The notes below the pieces were generated by a model. It did no database searches. It saw only the letters and a list, made by a program, of their open reading frames with translations, and was not told the DNA's origin. This document shows, one piece after another, positions 1 to 10,619 of a stretch of 64,000 bases of DNA. This DNA is from Nitrosopumilus sp. (GTDB lineage: Archaea; Thermoproteota; Nitrososphaeria; Nitrososphaerales; Nitrosopumilaceae), in NCBI GenBank assembly GCA_965249555.1, contig OZ252243.1, positions 1,728,001 through 1,792,000 of the forward strand. The letters are read 5' to 3'. Position 1 is the stretch's first letter. Every line of letters starts with the position of its first letter. The position numbers and the translations under genes were made by a program.

Positions 1-27
1 TTTTGTTAAACAAATTTTAAAAAAATT

Positions 28-312
28 ATGTGTGCTGGGAGTAACCCTCCTTCTGTTTTCACGATATTTCGCTTTGCAGCCTACCTGAACTTAGTACAGG
101 AACATTGAGTTCTGTTTGGCCTTGCTCCATGTGGGTCGGCTTTTTTCATTCCTTTTATGGAAATCTCAGGTTCTCACCATCACTGTGCGCCATATTGGAT
201 TTTTTTCTGTTCCGTTGCCAATCATCTCTGATTATCTATCTCCAGATCACATTTCCTGTATGGAGGGAGGAGTTTCCTCTGCCGTAGCAGCGTGTCGTGC
301 TCCAGCTCACAT
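28..312 (-). ncRNA. rnpB: RNase P RNA (archaeal)
   Basis: Minus strand has GAGGAAACTCC near the 5' end and AACAGAAGGAGGGTTAC near the 3' end (universal P4 signatures). The termini ATGTGAGCTGG.../...CCAGCACACAT pair as P1. About 285 nt with higher GC than the flanks. Confidence 0.92.
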
Positions 313-343
313 AGAATTAATATTCACTTCTAGAATTTGAGTT

Positions 344-997
344 TTACTTTTCAGATTTTATGCCTGTTATAAACAAAGTCCCAAATTCCCTTTTCCATTT
401 CTTTTTATTTTTTGAATCTTTGATGTGTTTTGTTTTTACTTGAAATCCGGCATTTTCAAAAAATTGTTTCCATTCTTTTTTTGAATGTAGATGCATCTGT
501 ATTTTCATAATATTTATCCATCTTGCAGTTGCCTTGTTGTCTGTGTAAAAGTCTGTTCCACAGAAAAATTGTCCACCGGGTTTTAATAATTTGTAGATTT
601 TTTCAAGTGCAATTTTAATTGAATCTGCATAATAAAGTGATTCCATTGAAAAGATAAAATCAAATTTTCCTTTGTGATTCCAAGATTCAATATCTGTATG
701 AACAAATAATTCTTTATTATTATCTAGTTTCTTTCCAGCTTGAATGATCATATTCTTGCTAATGTCAATCCCTATGGATTTTTTACAATTATTTTTTTTA
801 GCGATTTTTCTTACAACCCATCCATTTCCACATCCCACATCAAGGAATGTAAATGGTTTATCAAATACTATTGTCTGTAAAAATTTTGAAACATTATTCC
901 CGTGTTCATTTTCCATTAATTCCGCTCTGCCATTTTGAGCCCACTTATCAAACGTTTTTTTAACACCATTCATGATTTTTGGTTTTTTTGTTTCCAT
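344..997 (-). CDS. Class I SAM-dependent methyltransferase
   Basis: Motif I FLDVGCGNG, GIDIS, FDFIFS, LLKPGG. Start uncertain (ORF track 1054; ATGs at 997 and about 973). Confidence 0.85.
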   Translation of the reverse strand: METKKPKIMNGVKKTFDKWAQNGRAELMENEHGNNVSKFLQTIVFDKPFTFLDVGCGNGWVVRKIAKKNNCKKSIGIDISKNMIIQAGKKLDNNKELFVHTDIESWNHKGKFDFIFSMESLYYADSIKIALEKIYKLLKPGGQFFCGTDFYTDNKATARWINIMKIQMHLHSKKEWKQFFENAGFQVKTKHIKDSKNKKKWKREFGTLFITGIKSEK

Positions 998-1080
998 TAT
1001 AATCTTCGTCTTACTGAGCTTTGAGCTGAACGACTTCGTGTTGCTTATATCCAATTTTCATTAATTTAATTTGAAACGAA

Positions 1081-1291
1081 TTGCCTGATGAATCATGTCG
1101 AAATTGTGGTGGAAAATTAATTGATAATACCAAATGTTCTCAATACATGAAAACCAAATAGCATGATTTGTATAGAATGTGAACTTTGTACCATCGAGCA
1201 ATTTCATTCAACTTGTATATCTCAGAAAACTCACCATGCCAACACTGTGTCATCAATCAAGTCAGACAACTATGTAGTTGCTCTGGCTTGA
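1081..1291 (+). pseudogene. Small Cys-rich Zn-ribbon protein, frameshifted
   Basis: TTG-PDESCRNCGGKL...KCSQY, then a +1 shift in the A-run near 1150 continues KPNSMICIECELCTIEQFHSTC...ALA-stop. Not in the ORF track. Confidence 0.6.
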
Positions 1292-1322
1292 TAATATCTG
1301 ATTAACGATTTTCTAGTATCAT
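1287..1322 (+). repeat. 36-bp direct repeat, copy 1
   Basis: CTTGATAATATCTGATTAACGATTTTCTAGTATCAT; matches 2603-2638 at 35/36. Confidence 0.9.
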
Positions 1323-1398
1323 GTTGAAACATACGAGGGATTGGAGTGGACCCCACTAAATGAGAACACTTTTTGCATAATTTTACATACCATTACCC

Positions 1399-2223
1399 TC
1401 ATTTATGTCTCATCTCCCATTTTTCCAGAAATTCATCTGGCGTGATGTATCCAAGTGCAGAGTGAATCCTGGAATCGTTGTAATCCTCAAATGCCTTGGC
1501 AATTCTTACTTGTGCTGATTGGAAATTTTCAAACTCGTGTGGCCAGAGATATTCCTTCTTTAACGTTTTATGAAACGATTCGACATGACCATTTTGTTGT
1601 GGTGTATGGTGCCAGATGAATTCCTGTCTTGCACCCAAAAGCAGGATTGCTTCTTTGAACTTTCGGCTTACATATTGCGAACCATTGTCAGTCCGTATAA
1701 TCAGTTTGGCACAATCCGGATTGGAAGTTGCAATTGCATGAATGATTGATTCTGTTGCAGCATCTTTGCTTGCAGTTACATCAAATGTGTATGAAATCCA
1801 TTTTCTGCTAAATGTATCTATGACATTAAAGCAGTAACACCAACTGTCAACCCCACACCAGACATATGTCATATCTGTCTGCCACAACTGGTTTGGCGCA
1901 GTCGGTTTGAAAAGTTTCTTTTTGGATGCCATGATGTCTTTTTTGGTCTTTGCAGGTGCAATCCAGCCTAGCTTGTGGAATATTCTGCGAATCTGCTTTC
2001 TGTTTACAGGCAATCCAAGCTCCCTTGCTGTGGCTGCAGCCATCCTACGGGTTCCATATGTTGGCCTGGCATTTCCAATCTTTTGGACCATTTGGGATAC
2101 GGTCTTGTTTAGTGGAATGTTTCGGGGTGATTTTGTATGGTACCATTTGTTGTGCGATATCCCAACGTATGATAATGATTTTCTCAGACTCAATTTTGCA
2201 GTGAGCTGCTTTGCAATGATCAT
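1399..2223 (-). CDS. IS3 transposase OrfB (DDE/rve integrase core)
   Basis: PNQLWQTDMTY, TDNGSQY, NGHVESFHKTLKKE, YNDSRIHSALGY. Confidence 0.95.
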   Translation of the reverse strand: MIIAKQLTAKLSLRKSLSYVGISHNKWYHTKSPRNIPLNKTVSQMVQKIGNARPTYGTRRMAAATARELGLPVNRKQIRRIFHKLGWIAPAKTKKDIMASKKKLFKPTAPNQLWQTDMTYVWCGVDSWCYCFNVIDTFSRKWISYTFDVTASKDAATESIIHAIATSNPDCAKLIIRTDNGSQYVSRKFKEAILLLGARQEFIWHHTPQQNGHVESFHKTLKKEYLWPHEFENFQSAQVRIAKAFEDYNDSRIHSALGYITPDEFLEKWEMRHK

Positions 2224-2510
2224 CTTTTGTGTCCCTCCAACGTTTTTTTAAAAGTGTCATTGACGATGGTCAGCTCACCTACGATTCTTTTTAGAGTCTC
2301 ATTTTCTTTTTGTAATGTCTTGCATGTATTGTCACCAGATCTGCTGTTTAATGCGGATTTGCCTCCATCCACAAACTTTTCTTTCCAAGAGTAGAATGTC
2401 TGCGGATGAATATTGTACTTTCTGCACAATTCTGCAGTTCCAATGTTGGTGTTTAATGATTCAAGGATTATCCTTGATTTTTCTGCAGGTGTGAATTTGT
2501 TCTTTACCAT
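2220..2510 (-). CDS. IS3 transposase OrfA (HTH)
   Basis: KFTPAEK...AELCRKYNIHPQTFYSWK helix-turn-helix plus coiled coil; ATGA overlap with orfB. Confidence 0.92.
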   Translation of the reverse strand: MVKNKFTPAEKSRIILESLNTNIGTAELCRKYNIHPQTFYSWKEKFVDGGKSALNSRSGDNTCKTLQKENETLKRIVGELTIVNDTFKKTLEGHKR

Positions 2511-2602
2511 GAGTGTGAATCTCCTAGATCTCCTGAAAAGTGTATGTATGCAGGCGTTCTCATTCTAGAGGGGACCAGACCAGGATAAGCAAAGACTTGT
2601 CC

Positions 2603-2638
2603 CTTGATAATGTCTGATTAACGATTTTCTAGTATCAT
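2603..2638 (+). repeat. 36-bp direct repeat, copy 2
   Basis: CTTGATAATGTCTGATTAACGATTTTCTAGTATCAT. Confidence 0.9.
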
Positions 2639-2672
2639 AGATACCCAAGTTTTAAGTAAGATATGCATAGAT

Positions 2673-5639
2673 TTGATCCTTGTGAGACAAATTTCTGTTG
2701 TTTTAAGCCTAATTGTTCTTCTTTTGATACCTGTATATGCTTCTGCCCAAAGTCCTGATAGGATCACAATTCTTGAAAATTTTGGTAATTATGATGGTGG
2801 CGAACCTCTATTCATTTATGGTCAAGTTGCAAATATCTTAGATGATTCTTTTCTGATAATGCAAATCATTAATCCTCGTGGTGATCTGTGTCAAATCCAA
2901 CAACTCATACCATTGTCAAATGGCGTTTTTATCACAGACGTAATTCCACTAAAAGGTAGAATTTGTGGTCTTTCTGGTGAATATGAAATTAAATTATTCT
3001 ATGGTGATTATTCAAAATCTACTACCTTCAATGTCTCTTCTGGCTCTTTTTCTGAAATAAACAATGATCAAAAGATTTCTTTAGCACAAAACTTGGTATC
3101 TTCACATGCATCATTAATTAGTAAAACGTTTGATATCTCCTCTCCGATATCAGACCACATCTCTAATAATTTGTCTGATATGGAATCTACTTATGTCGAT
3201 TTGTGGGATGAATTTTTTGTAGATGATTTGATTATTGAAATAAATCCCTTGATTCGACCTGCAGTAGTTTCCTCATTGGATTCAGTCCAGCAATTATTGA
3301 ACAAAGATGAAATATCTTTTGATATTGCAAAATCTATTGACAGAATAATTTTTGCAGCAGTATTTTATTATGAAATTGGTGACAAAATAAAAGCAATTGA
3401 TTTGTTAACTGATGCGTTTGTTGATATTAGAAATGTCAATCCTGAAAAGGTTGCTAACCAAAGAACTCCAACTTTTGATGAATTAGAGGATACACTACTA
3501 AACTTGATGAAGAAGTCTGATACAATAATGAGCAGAGATGTAAAACATGAAGTTGGATTCATCTTTGCTAGAGGAACTGCACCTATTTACTCTGATGAAA
3601 TTACTGAACTCGTTGACATGCTTTCAAAATCAAGATATCTTGATATTGTTTCAAGAAAGCAAAGTGATCTTTACAGACTTGTACAAAATGATTGGGAATC
3701 CCTCAAGCCTTCTTTAATGAACAAAGACTCCATCGAAGAATTAATTGAATCAAAGACACGTGTCTCTGAATTACACAAAGCATCAATCCTTTTACGAGAA
3801 CTAGATGGAGTTGAAAGATTCATTTCTTCTGATTCTGAAGAAAATAACGACCTTGCAAATCTGATTATGCCTGATTGGGATGATTTGGAGTCTAATTTGG
3901 CATTAGCAACTTCAGTTGAGGATATTTTGGAATCCGAATCTAAGATTTATCAAATGACTCAGATTATAGATATTTCATCAAGAATTAGTAAGAGTGTTGA
4001 AATTTCCCAAACAACTGGATCTGATTCACGTCTTACATCTGATTGGAAATTACTTTTAGAAAGAGTTGAAAACGCCAAATCAGTAGATGAAATTTTAGAA
4101 ATCATTTCAGAGTTTGATCAATCCATGACCGAACTAAGGGAGAAACGAAATCCTTTGACCGTTTTAGAATTTCAATACAAGACCATGAAAGAGAAAGCTG
4201 AACTTCAAGCTGATTATGAAAATATATTTTTGATTGACAATGCCTTGAAAATTTTAAGCACTGCAAAACAAATGGAATCTGGAAATCCATCAATTACTAG
4301 AATTGATAGAATTGAAGTCTTGTTAACATGGGTTAGTGAAAAAGCCCCCCAGATTAAAACAGATTTGGATTCTTATAATAAAGATGCATTCAAAATTCGT
4401 GCTAGTGATGTTTTACAGCGCGCAAAATCTCTTGAAAACTTGGTTGAATTGAGTCTAACTAAGAATAGATTCTTGCCAAACTATATTGAATTTACTGAAA
4501 AATTTAATGAAAAAATCGATGATGCACGAGATCTTGTAACTAAAAATGATCTTGATCAAGCTGATAAACTAGTTCGTGATTTGTTTAGTGAATGGACTCT
4601 TGTTTCACAGGCATATGTGGATGATCCTTATGGCTCTGATGTCGGTTATACTGTAGATGAAATCAAACGTATCGATTTCCGTAAAAAACTAGAGGCATTT
4701 TCAAGCATGGTATCTACTTTCTATAACAGTGAATTTTCTGCACACGTGGATGGTTATAACAAATTGATGGATGATGCATATGACTTGATTGATATTGCAA
4801 ACTTTATTGATGCTGAATCTAAGATTTTGGAAATTGGTGACTATCTTAGTGAATATTTGGTTCTAGATAATTCTAAAATTATTTATGATATATCATTTGA
4901 TGCTGAAAAAGACATTTGGGTAATCAAGGGTGCCACTGACAAACCAGTCTTTGATAGGCGAGAAAATTTGTATGTCACTATTTACAATATGGATGGCAGC
5001 ACTCATAGTAGTTTAGAATTCACTGATACTAAGCAGGGCAACTTTTACACTCAGTGGGTTGCACCAACAGATCCTGGTCTTTATGTTGTTATGTTACAAT
5101 ATCAAAATTCAAAGGCTACGCAGATTGTTCATGTTGAGGATAAAATTGGCTATGTGTCTAGTAAATCTGATCTAAATATGGTTGACCTAGCACGTGAATT
5201 TGAAGAATTAGAATCATTTGCAAAAGAATTTGGTGGCAATAATTTTGATGAAAATCCTCGATTTGCATCTGTAATTAATGAAATTAAATTTGGTTTTACT
5301 GATAGAAATACTGAAAGTGTTAGTGATAATCTAGATGAACTCAAGATAATAATTGAACGATATCTTCCAATACGAAATCCTGCAGCCCCTATTCAAGCTG
5401 AATACGATGGAGATAAACTGGTCATATCTGGTCGTATTTTGAAAGTTGTTCAGTTTAGTGAAGATCTTTTTATTGACATCTATGATCAACGAGGTAATCT
5501 TGTAGAGGAAATTGCTCTAAGGGACGATCCTACAGGATTGTTTAATGAAGTTATATCACAACCATTTGACTCTGGCGTTTATGTTGTTCAATTACAATAT
5601 CATAACTTGATAGTAACTGACTTTTTTAATGTAAGATAA
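2673..5639 (+). CDS. Large secreted/surface hypothetical protein (988 aa)
   Basis: N-terminal signal peptide (..PVYASAQ), acidic helical middle, repeated beta-rich modules with GxYxxxLxY. Confidence 0.75.
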   Translation: MILVRQISVVLSLIVLLLIPVYASAQSPDRITILENFGNYDGGEPLFIYGQVANILDDSFLIMQIINPRGDLCQIQQLIPLSNGVFITDVIPLKGRICGLSGEYEIKLFYGDYSKSTTFNVSSGSFSEINNDQKISLAQNLVSSHASLISKTFDISSPISDHISNNLSDMESTYVDLWDEFFVDDLIIEINPLIRPAVVSSLDSVQQLLNKDEISFDIAKSIDRIIFAAVFYYEIGDKIKAIDLLTDAFVDIRNVNPEKVANQRTPTFDELEDTLLNLMKKSDTIMSRDVKHEVGFIFARGTAPIYSDEITELVDMLSKSRYLDIVSRKQSDLYRLVQNDWESLKPSLMNKDSIEELIESKTRVSELHKASILLRELDGVERFISSDSEENNDLANLIMPDWDDLESNLALATSVEDILESESKIYQMTQIIDISSRISKSVEISQTTGSDSRLTSDWKLLLERVENAKSVDEILEIISEFDQSMTELREKRNPLTVLEFQYKTMKEKAELQADYENIFLIDNALKILSTAKQMESGNPSITRIDRIEVLLTWVSEKAPQIKTDLDSYNKDAFKIRASDVLQRAKSLENLVELSLTKNRFLPNYIEFTEKFNEKIDDARDLVTKNDLDQADKLVRDLFSEWTLVSQAYVDDPYGSDVGYTVDEIKRIDFRKKLEAFSSMVSTFYNSEFSAHVDGYNKLMDDAYDLIDIANFIDAESKILEIGDYLSEYLVLDNSKIIYDISFDAEKDIWVIKGATDKPVFDRRENLYVTIYNMDGSTHSSLEFTDTKQGNFYTQWVAPTDPGLYVVMLQYQNSKATQIVHVEDKIGYVSSKSDLNMVDLAREFEELESFAKEFGGNNFDENPRFASVINEIKFGFTDRNTESVSDNLDELKIIIERYLPIRNPAAPIQAEYDGDKLVISGRILKVVQFSEDLFIDIYDQRGNLVEEIALRDDPTGLFNEVISQPFDSGVYVVQLQYHNLIVTDFFNVR

Positions 5640-6854
5640 TTAGTTTTTTCCTTTCACTAAATTGAAAAGTTGCCTTACTGCAAGTTTTGGATGACGTGTT
5701 GCTAATTTAATCATGTTGGATAATCCAAAATCAGCTTTTATGAAATCAAGAAATTCTTCAGCTTTTAATTCCTTGATTATATCTAATTCTTTATCCCATT
5801 CTTCATCTGATAGACCAATCCATCTACTCTGAACTTTCCCTGCAGAGTTGATTTTTGATTCAATCTCTTTTTTCCAGTTTTCTTCGTATGGATAAAGTGC
5901 AGATTCGTTGGTCTTTCCAGATTTAATGGCCTCTGATGAGACTTTTCCCGCCACTCTTCCAAATTTTATTGCATATCGAATTCCTTCTAAAACCAGTGGG
6001 TTTGCTTGCCCAGCTGAATCTCCGACAAGTATCAAATTGTTAAAGACTGTTTTTCTTGATAATCCATCATTTGGAATTAATCCATAGTGAAATTCTATTG
6101 GTGTTATTTTTCCTAGTTTTTTAATTGGACCTAGTTTTGTTTTCATTAATTCTTCTAGTCTTTGTGTTGGGTCTACATCTGATTCTGGTTTCCCTATACC
6201 TACCCCAATTCTTACAATGTTGTTCCCTAAAGGAAAAATCCATGCATATCCTGCAGGTGAATATTGCTGTCCTACCATTAACCACCATGTTTCAGAATCT
6301 ACATTTTCTACTTTTGCTTCATATTCAGATCCTGCTCCAAATCGCTTCCATTGAGTAACAAAACCCATTGCTTTACAAACTGTTGAAGGAAATCCACTTG
6401 CATCAATTACAACTTTGGAATGAAATGTTGTCTTCCCATTAGGCCCAGATCCTCTAACTCCTATGATGTCTCCTTTCTCATTTTTGATAACCTCGTTAAC
6501 ATTAGTTTTAACAAAAATATCTACTCCAGCTTTTTCTGCTTCATGTGCTAACCATCTGTATGTTTTCCTTACATCTAATACTGCTGCTCTTGGAATTGAA
6601 TCACTAATGGTGATTTCATTATTTGGTGAACAAAACGAAAAATTTTTGATTGGATTAAAACAATCATCTGGGATTCCAAATTCTTTGATACTTTGAATCC
6701 ATGTGACACCGCTGGTTCTGACTGTTTCTGCAATTGAATTTTCTTTTTCAAGTAATGCTACTTTAATTCCATTTTTTGCAGCTGTGAATGCTGCAGATGA
6801 TCCTGCTGGACCTCCTCCGACAACTACTAAATCATAATAGTACTCTTCTGACAA
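5640..6854 (-). CDS. Geranylgeranyl reductase family FAD-dependent oxidoreductase
   Basis: VVVGGGPAGS, IDASG, PAGYAWIFP, LVGDSAG..NPL..EGI. Confidence 0.88.
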   Translation of the reverse strand: MSEEYYYDLVVVGGGPAGSSAAFTAAKNGIKVALLEKENSIAETVRTSGVTWIQSIKEFGIPDDCFNPIKNFSFCSPNNEITISDSIPRAAVLDVRKTYRWLAHEAEKAGVDIFVKTNVNEVIKNEKGDIIGVRGSGPNGKTTFHSKVVIDASGFPSTVCKAMGFVTQWKRFGAGSEYEAKVENVDSETWWLMVGQQYSPAGYAWIFPLGNNIVRIGVGIGKPESDVDPTQRLEELMKTKLGPIKKLGKITPIEFHYGLIPNDGLSRKTVFNNLILVGDSAGQANPLVLEGIRYAIKFGRVAGKVSSEAIKSGKTNESALYPYEENWKKEIESKINSAGKVQSRWIGLSDEEWDKELDIIKELKAEEFLDFIKADFGLSNMIKLATRHPKLAVRQLFNLVKGKN

Positions 6855-6905
6855 TTAACTTGAATCCGTAGACCTAGGATATAATTTTGAGGTATATGGC
6901 AGAAA

Positions 6906-7115
6906 TTATTTTTTCAAAATAGCAGTGCCTACTGTATCATTTTCTCTTTCTGAATCAAAAGTTTGCATGTGTTGCGGATCTCTGTGCATAAAACTGTGCG
7001 TTTCCCCTTCTTTTTTTCTACAGAATTTTGAATGAATTGTCTCTTCTATCTTTAATGTCGTTTCATTTTCGTGAAATAGGCGTTTTCCACAATCAGGACA
7101 TATGATTTCAGGCAT
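6906..7115 (-). CDS. Small putative Zn-binding protein
   Basis: CPDC...HSKFC; likely start MPEIIC. Confidence 0.55.
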   Translation of the reverse strand: MPEIICPDCGKRLFHENETTLKIEETIHSKFCRKKEGETHSFMHRDPQHMQTFDSERENDTVGTAILKK

Positions 7116-7224
7116 GAATTCATTCTGTATCAAATCTATTTAGATGTTTCAGACTACATGAAAATTGTGTATTTCAAATATTTGTAAACCGAAACTTTAG
7201 ATGTTTAGTAATTCATTATTTCTT

Positions 7225-7350
7225 ATGGATGAATCTGAAATCTCGTCTTTTGTAATGTGGTCTGTAGTTACTGGAATTGTTATGATCATTACTGGACTAA
7301 GTTACCGTGTATATTTGAGGAAAAAGAATCATGAGATCTCTCCATCTTGA
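7225..7350 (+). CDS. 41-aa single-pass membrane protein (not in ORF track)
   Basis: MDESEISSFVMWSVVTGIVMIITGLSYRVYLRKKNHEISPS: hydrophobic helix plus basic tail, overlapping the next gene. Confidence 0.5.
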   Translation: MDESEISSFVMWSVVTGIVMIITGLSYRVYLRKKNHEISPS

Positions 7351-7900
7351 AAAAAAGGGTCTACGTGGGCTTGCAATTGCTGAAAGCTTCAGACAAAACT
7401 CCCAAAAATCTGTATTTTCTGGAATTGTAATGCGCCGAGATTTTATCATTGATGGATTTGTCTTTGGAAGTGCAACATTAGAAGGTGATGATGCAACTGA
7501 TACAATATTGAAGATGTATGATGATCTTCATAGACCTGATATCAGTTATGTCTTGATTTCTGGTTTGATAGTATCTATGTATAATATTATAAACATCAAA
7601 AAATTATACGATTCTCTTAAAATTCCGATAATTGGAATATCTTACAATGATTCTTTGGGAATTGAAGATGCGCTTAAACATCATTTTCCAAATTCATTTG
7701 AATCCAAAATTTCTGCATACCAAAAATTAGGAAAACGAGAAAAAATTACTCTAAGTACATCTTATAATATTTTTGTTAGAAAAGAAGGTTGTACTTTAGG
7801 TGATGTAAAACATCTTTTAAATGAATTAACGTTGCATGGCTCTGTTCCAGAACCTATACGCGTATCACAATTACTTGCAAAAACATTACTTTTGAAATGA
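7331..7900 (+). CDS. DUF99 family (endonuclease V-like) protein
   Basis: GLAIAESF, GDDATD, SMYNIIN, VPEPIRVSQL. Confidence 0.8.
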   Translation: MRSLHLEKKGLRGLAIAESFRQNSQKSVFSGIVMRRDFIIDGFVFGSATLEGDDATDTILKMYDDLHRPDISYVLISGLIVSMYNIINIKKLYDSLKIPIIGISYNDSLGIEDALKHHFPNSFESKISAYQKLGKREKITLSTSYNIFVRKEGCTLGDVKHLLNELTLHGSVPEPIRVSQLLAKTLLLK

Positions 7901-8662
7901 TTATCCTTCTGAGGCGGTTTTACCGCCATCAACATTTAGAATAGTTCCTGTAACCCAATTTGCTTCATCAGATGCTAGATAGAGTGCTGCATTTGCAACA
8001 TCTTCTGGTTCTCCTATCCTGGCAAGCGGCAATCTTTCTTCCAGTACTTTTCTTGCTTGAGGATCATCCAGATATGGCTTTATCATTCCTGAATTAATAA
8101 TACCTGGATTAACACAATTACACCTAATGTTTTTTCTTGCATATTCAATTGCAATTGATTTTGTAAACATCGATATTGCTGCTTTTGTAGCAGAGTATAC
8201 TGCCAGATGAACTCTTGGAATTGCTCTTTCACTTGAGATGGAACCAATATTTACAATTGCACCACTCTTGACATCTGACATTTTTGTAAGTACAGCCTTT
8301 GTCATGTGAAATGCACCTAACAAGTTTATGTCAATGAGTTTTTTAATTTCTGAATCTTGCATCTTGTGAAAATGCACTGGATCATTAATTGCTCCTGCAC
8401 TGTTCACTAAAATATCGATTTTACCATATGTATCCATAATTTGATTTACAGCTTGTAATACCTGTGATTCATCTGTCAAATCGCATGTTATTGATACAGT
8501 TGCTTCCTCATTTCCTATTTCTTTTCTAGTTTTTTCCAATCCTTCTAGATTTCTTGCAACTAGGACCACTTTAGCACCTTCTTCTGCAAATCTCTTTACA
8601 ATTCCTCTACCTATGTCACTTGATGCTCCTGTCACAATGGCAACTTTGTCGTTTAATCGCAT
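7901..8662 (-). CDS. Short-chain dehydrogenase/reductase (FabG-like)
   Basis: [28 protein letters not shown]. Confidence 0.9.
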   Translation of the reverse strand: MRLNDKVAIVTGASSDIGRGIVKRFAEEGAKVVLVARNLEGLEKTRKEIGNEEATVSITCDLTDESQVLQAVNQIMDTYGKIDILVNSAGAINDPVHFHKMQDSEIKKLIDINLLGAFHMTKAVLTKMSDVKSGAIVNIGSISSERAIPRVHLAVYSATKAAISMFTKSIAIEYARKNIRCNCVNPGIINSGMIKPYLDDPQARKVLEERLPLARIGEPEDVANAALYLASDEANWVTGTILNVDGGKTASEG

Positions 8663-8723
8663 GAAATCATATTACTGTCATAACTTATAGAATTTTTGTT
8701 CAGTTCCATTCGTAAATTTGATT

Positions 8724-9602
8724 TTATTTGGACTCGTTAATTTTTTTGATGTATTCAATAATTCCAGTGTAATCTGTTTCTCCAAATCCCTCTTTGATGG
8801 CATTTTCATACACCTCATCGGCTTTCTTGATCATTGGAAGTTCAATTCCTAAAGATTTTGCAGCATTTGTTATGGTGCTAATGTCTTTTTTTAGATTTAC
8901 AAGTGTGAATGTTGTATCATATTTACCATCAATCATTTTGTATGCCTTTTTTTCACTCATTCCTGTTTTGAAATATGTCGAGTTTAAAATTTTAAGAAAA
9001 ATTTTTGGATCCACATTTGCTTTTTTAACAAAAATAATTCCTTCAGATAATGCAAGTGCAAGCATAGTTATTTGTAAATTCATGGCTAGTTTGATGGAAT
9101 GGGCCACTCCACTTTCTCCTAGAAAAAATATCTTACTTGCAATCTTTTCAAAAACATTTTTGCAATGATCAAAGATTTCTTTGTTTCCTGATGCCATCAT
9201 AACTAAATTGCCTGTTATGGCAACATTTGGTCCTCCCATTACCGGGATATCCAATTTATGGATATTGTATTCCTGAAATTTTTTTGTAATATTTTTAGAT
9301 TCTGTTGGGTCAATAGTACTCATGTCTGCAACGATTAGTTTTGCATGATTTCCTTCTATGATTCCATCTTTTTCAAATGAGATTTCTTTTACTGCCTTTG
9401 CATCTTTTACTATTGTAATGACTAGTTCTGAATTTTCTGCAATCTCTTTTGGTGATGTTGCAATTTTAGCTCCCTTTTCTTTTGCCTGCATTGTTTTTTC
9501 TTTTGTTCTATTGTATACTGTTACTTCAAAACCTGAATCTAGTAAATGTAAAGCAATTGCATTTCCTAACATCCCGAGTCCAATAATTCCTACTTTTATC
9601 AT
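8724..9602 (-). CDS. NAD(P)-dependent beta-hydroxyacid dehydrogenase (3-hydroxyisobutyrate DH family)
   Basis: GIIGLGMLG, YNRT, DMSTI, DIPVMGGP, KLAMN. Confidence 0.88.
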   Translation of the reverse strand: MIKVGIIGLGMLGNAIALHLLDSGFEVTVYNRTKEKTMQAKEKGAKIATSPKEIAENSELVITIVKDAKAVKEISFEKDGIIEGNHAKLIVADMSTIDPTESKNITKKFQEYNIHKLDIPVMGGPNVAITGNLVMMASGNKEIFDHCKNVFEKIASKIFFLGESGVAHSIKLAMNLQITMLALALSEGIIFVKKANVDPKIFLKILNSTYFKTGMSEKKAYKMIDGKYDTTFTLVNLKKDISTITNAAKSLGIELPMIKKADEVYENAIKEGFGETDYTGIIEYIKKINESK

Positions 9603-9629
9603 CTTTGTTCATCCCACACAATTGTGTTC

Positions 9630-10016
9630 CTAATGACGTTCTTCATTTTGAATTTCCCATTGTTCATTTCTAAATCTTGATACTGTAAACTCTAATTGTC
9701 CTATTGTTTTATCACCTTTTTTGATTTTTGCAAAATCTAATTTTTTCATTCTAAATATTTTTTCTTTTGGTTTGTATCCTCCTTCGATAACTTTAATTTT
9801 GAATCTTTTACTTGCTTTGATAATCAATTTTCTTGCAATTTGTACATCGCCCATCCATGAAAACATTTCAAAATCTCCAAAATTTTCAGTAGAAATATCA
9901 TGACCATATAACCTTGCTTCAAGTTTTGCATCTTGGGATTTTGCTTTCTCATTTAACCATGTAATGACTTCTTCCCCGTGACCTTTCTCAATTCCAAAAG
10001 TTTCTGAATTCCCCAT
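9630..10016 (-). CDS. Hypothetical protein
   Basis: 128-aa ORF, tightly packed with neighbours. Confidence 0.65.
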   Translation of the reverse strand: MGNSETFGIEKGHGEEVITWLNEKAKSQDAKLEARLYGHDISTENFGDFEMFSWMGDVQIARKLIIKASKRFKIKVIEGGYKPKEKIFRMKKLDFAKIKKGDKTIGQLEFTVSRFRNEQWEIQNEERH

Positions 10017-10098
10017 TTTACTCTCTTTTTATGTTGAACCATAATAATCATTTTCAAACCATTGTTAAACTAAAATAGCGATTTAACCATGAAATTTT

Positions 10099-10467
10099 AT
10101 GATTACGATAGATTGCAGGGATGTTTTATCAATTAAAAGTGAATTAGTTGTTTATGTCTCTGATGAAGTTGCAGCCATTCCTACTCTAAAACATCATCAA
10201 TTTACTCTGTCTACTTTTGACGATGATGAGATTATTGATACTGATGCAGTTGTTACTTCGATTAAGGGATTTCTAAACTCAATTGGAGAGGGTCCAAATT
10301 TTGCTGTAATCTCTAATAATGATACAATAAGTATCAAAGCAATCTCCGGTAAAACTATAGAACGTGATGCTGCCCCTCAATCTGATATGTTTTCATGTGC
10401 TCATTGTGGATTTGTAACAAGATACGAAGTTGAACTTAATGTTCACATGCGAATACATTATCTTTGA
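10099..10467 (+). CDS. C2H2 zinc-finger protein
   Basis: C-terminal CAHCG...HMRIH. Confidence 0.75.
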   Translation: MITIDCRDVLSIKSELVVYVSDEVAAIPTLKHHQFTLSTFDDDEIIDTDAVVTSIKGFLNSIGEGPNFAVISNNDTISIKAISGKTIERDAAPQSDMFSCAHCGFVTRYEVELNVHMRIHYL

Positions 10468-10619
10468 ATTTATTTGGAAATTATGTTTATTTTAATTTCC
10501 GATGTATCTAGAATTATTACAAAATCCTAAAGTGGAACTTTTCTGGTATTTTAAAATGTAATTTTATACATGTTAGTTTTCAACAGGATCTTTATAAGCA
10601 CTAATCACACAAAACAACT

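Larger units (their letters stand above)
1342..2582 (-). mobile_element. IS3-family insertion sequence, copy 1 (1241 bp)
   Basis: TG...CA ends, imperfect terminal IRs (TGGAGTGGACCCCACTAAATGAGAAC / TGGTCTGGTCCCCTCTAGAATGAGAAC), 4-bp target duplication GGAT at 1338-1341 and 2583-2586. Confidence 0.95.

Noticed and set aside
105-340. Plus-strand ORFs 105..287 and 116..340
   Set aside because: Antisense to the RNase P RNA; no protein motifs.
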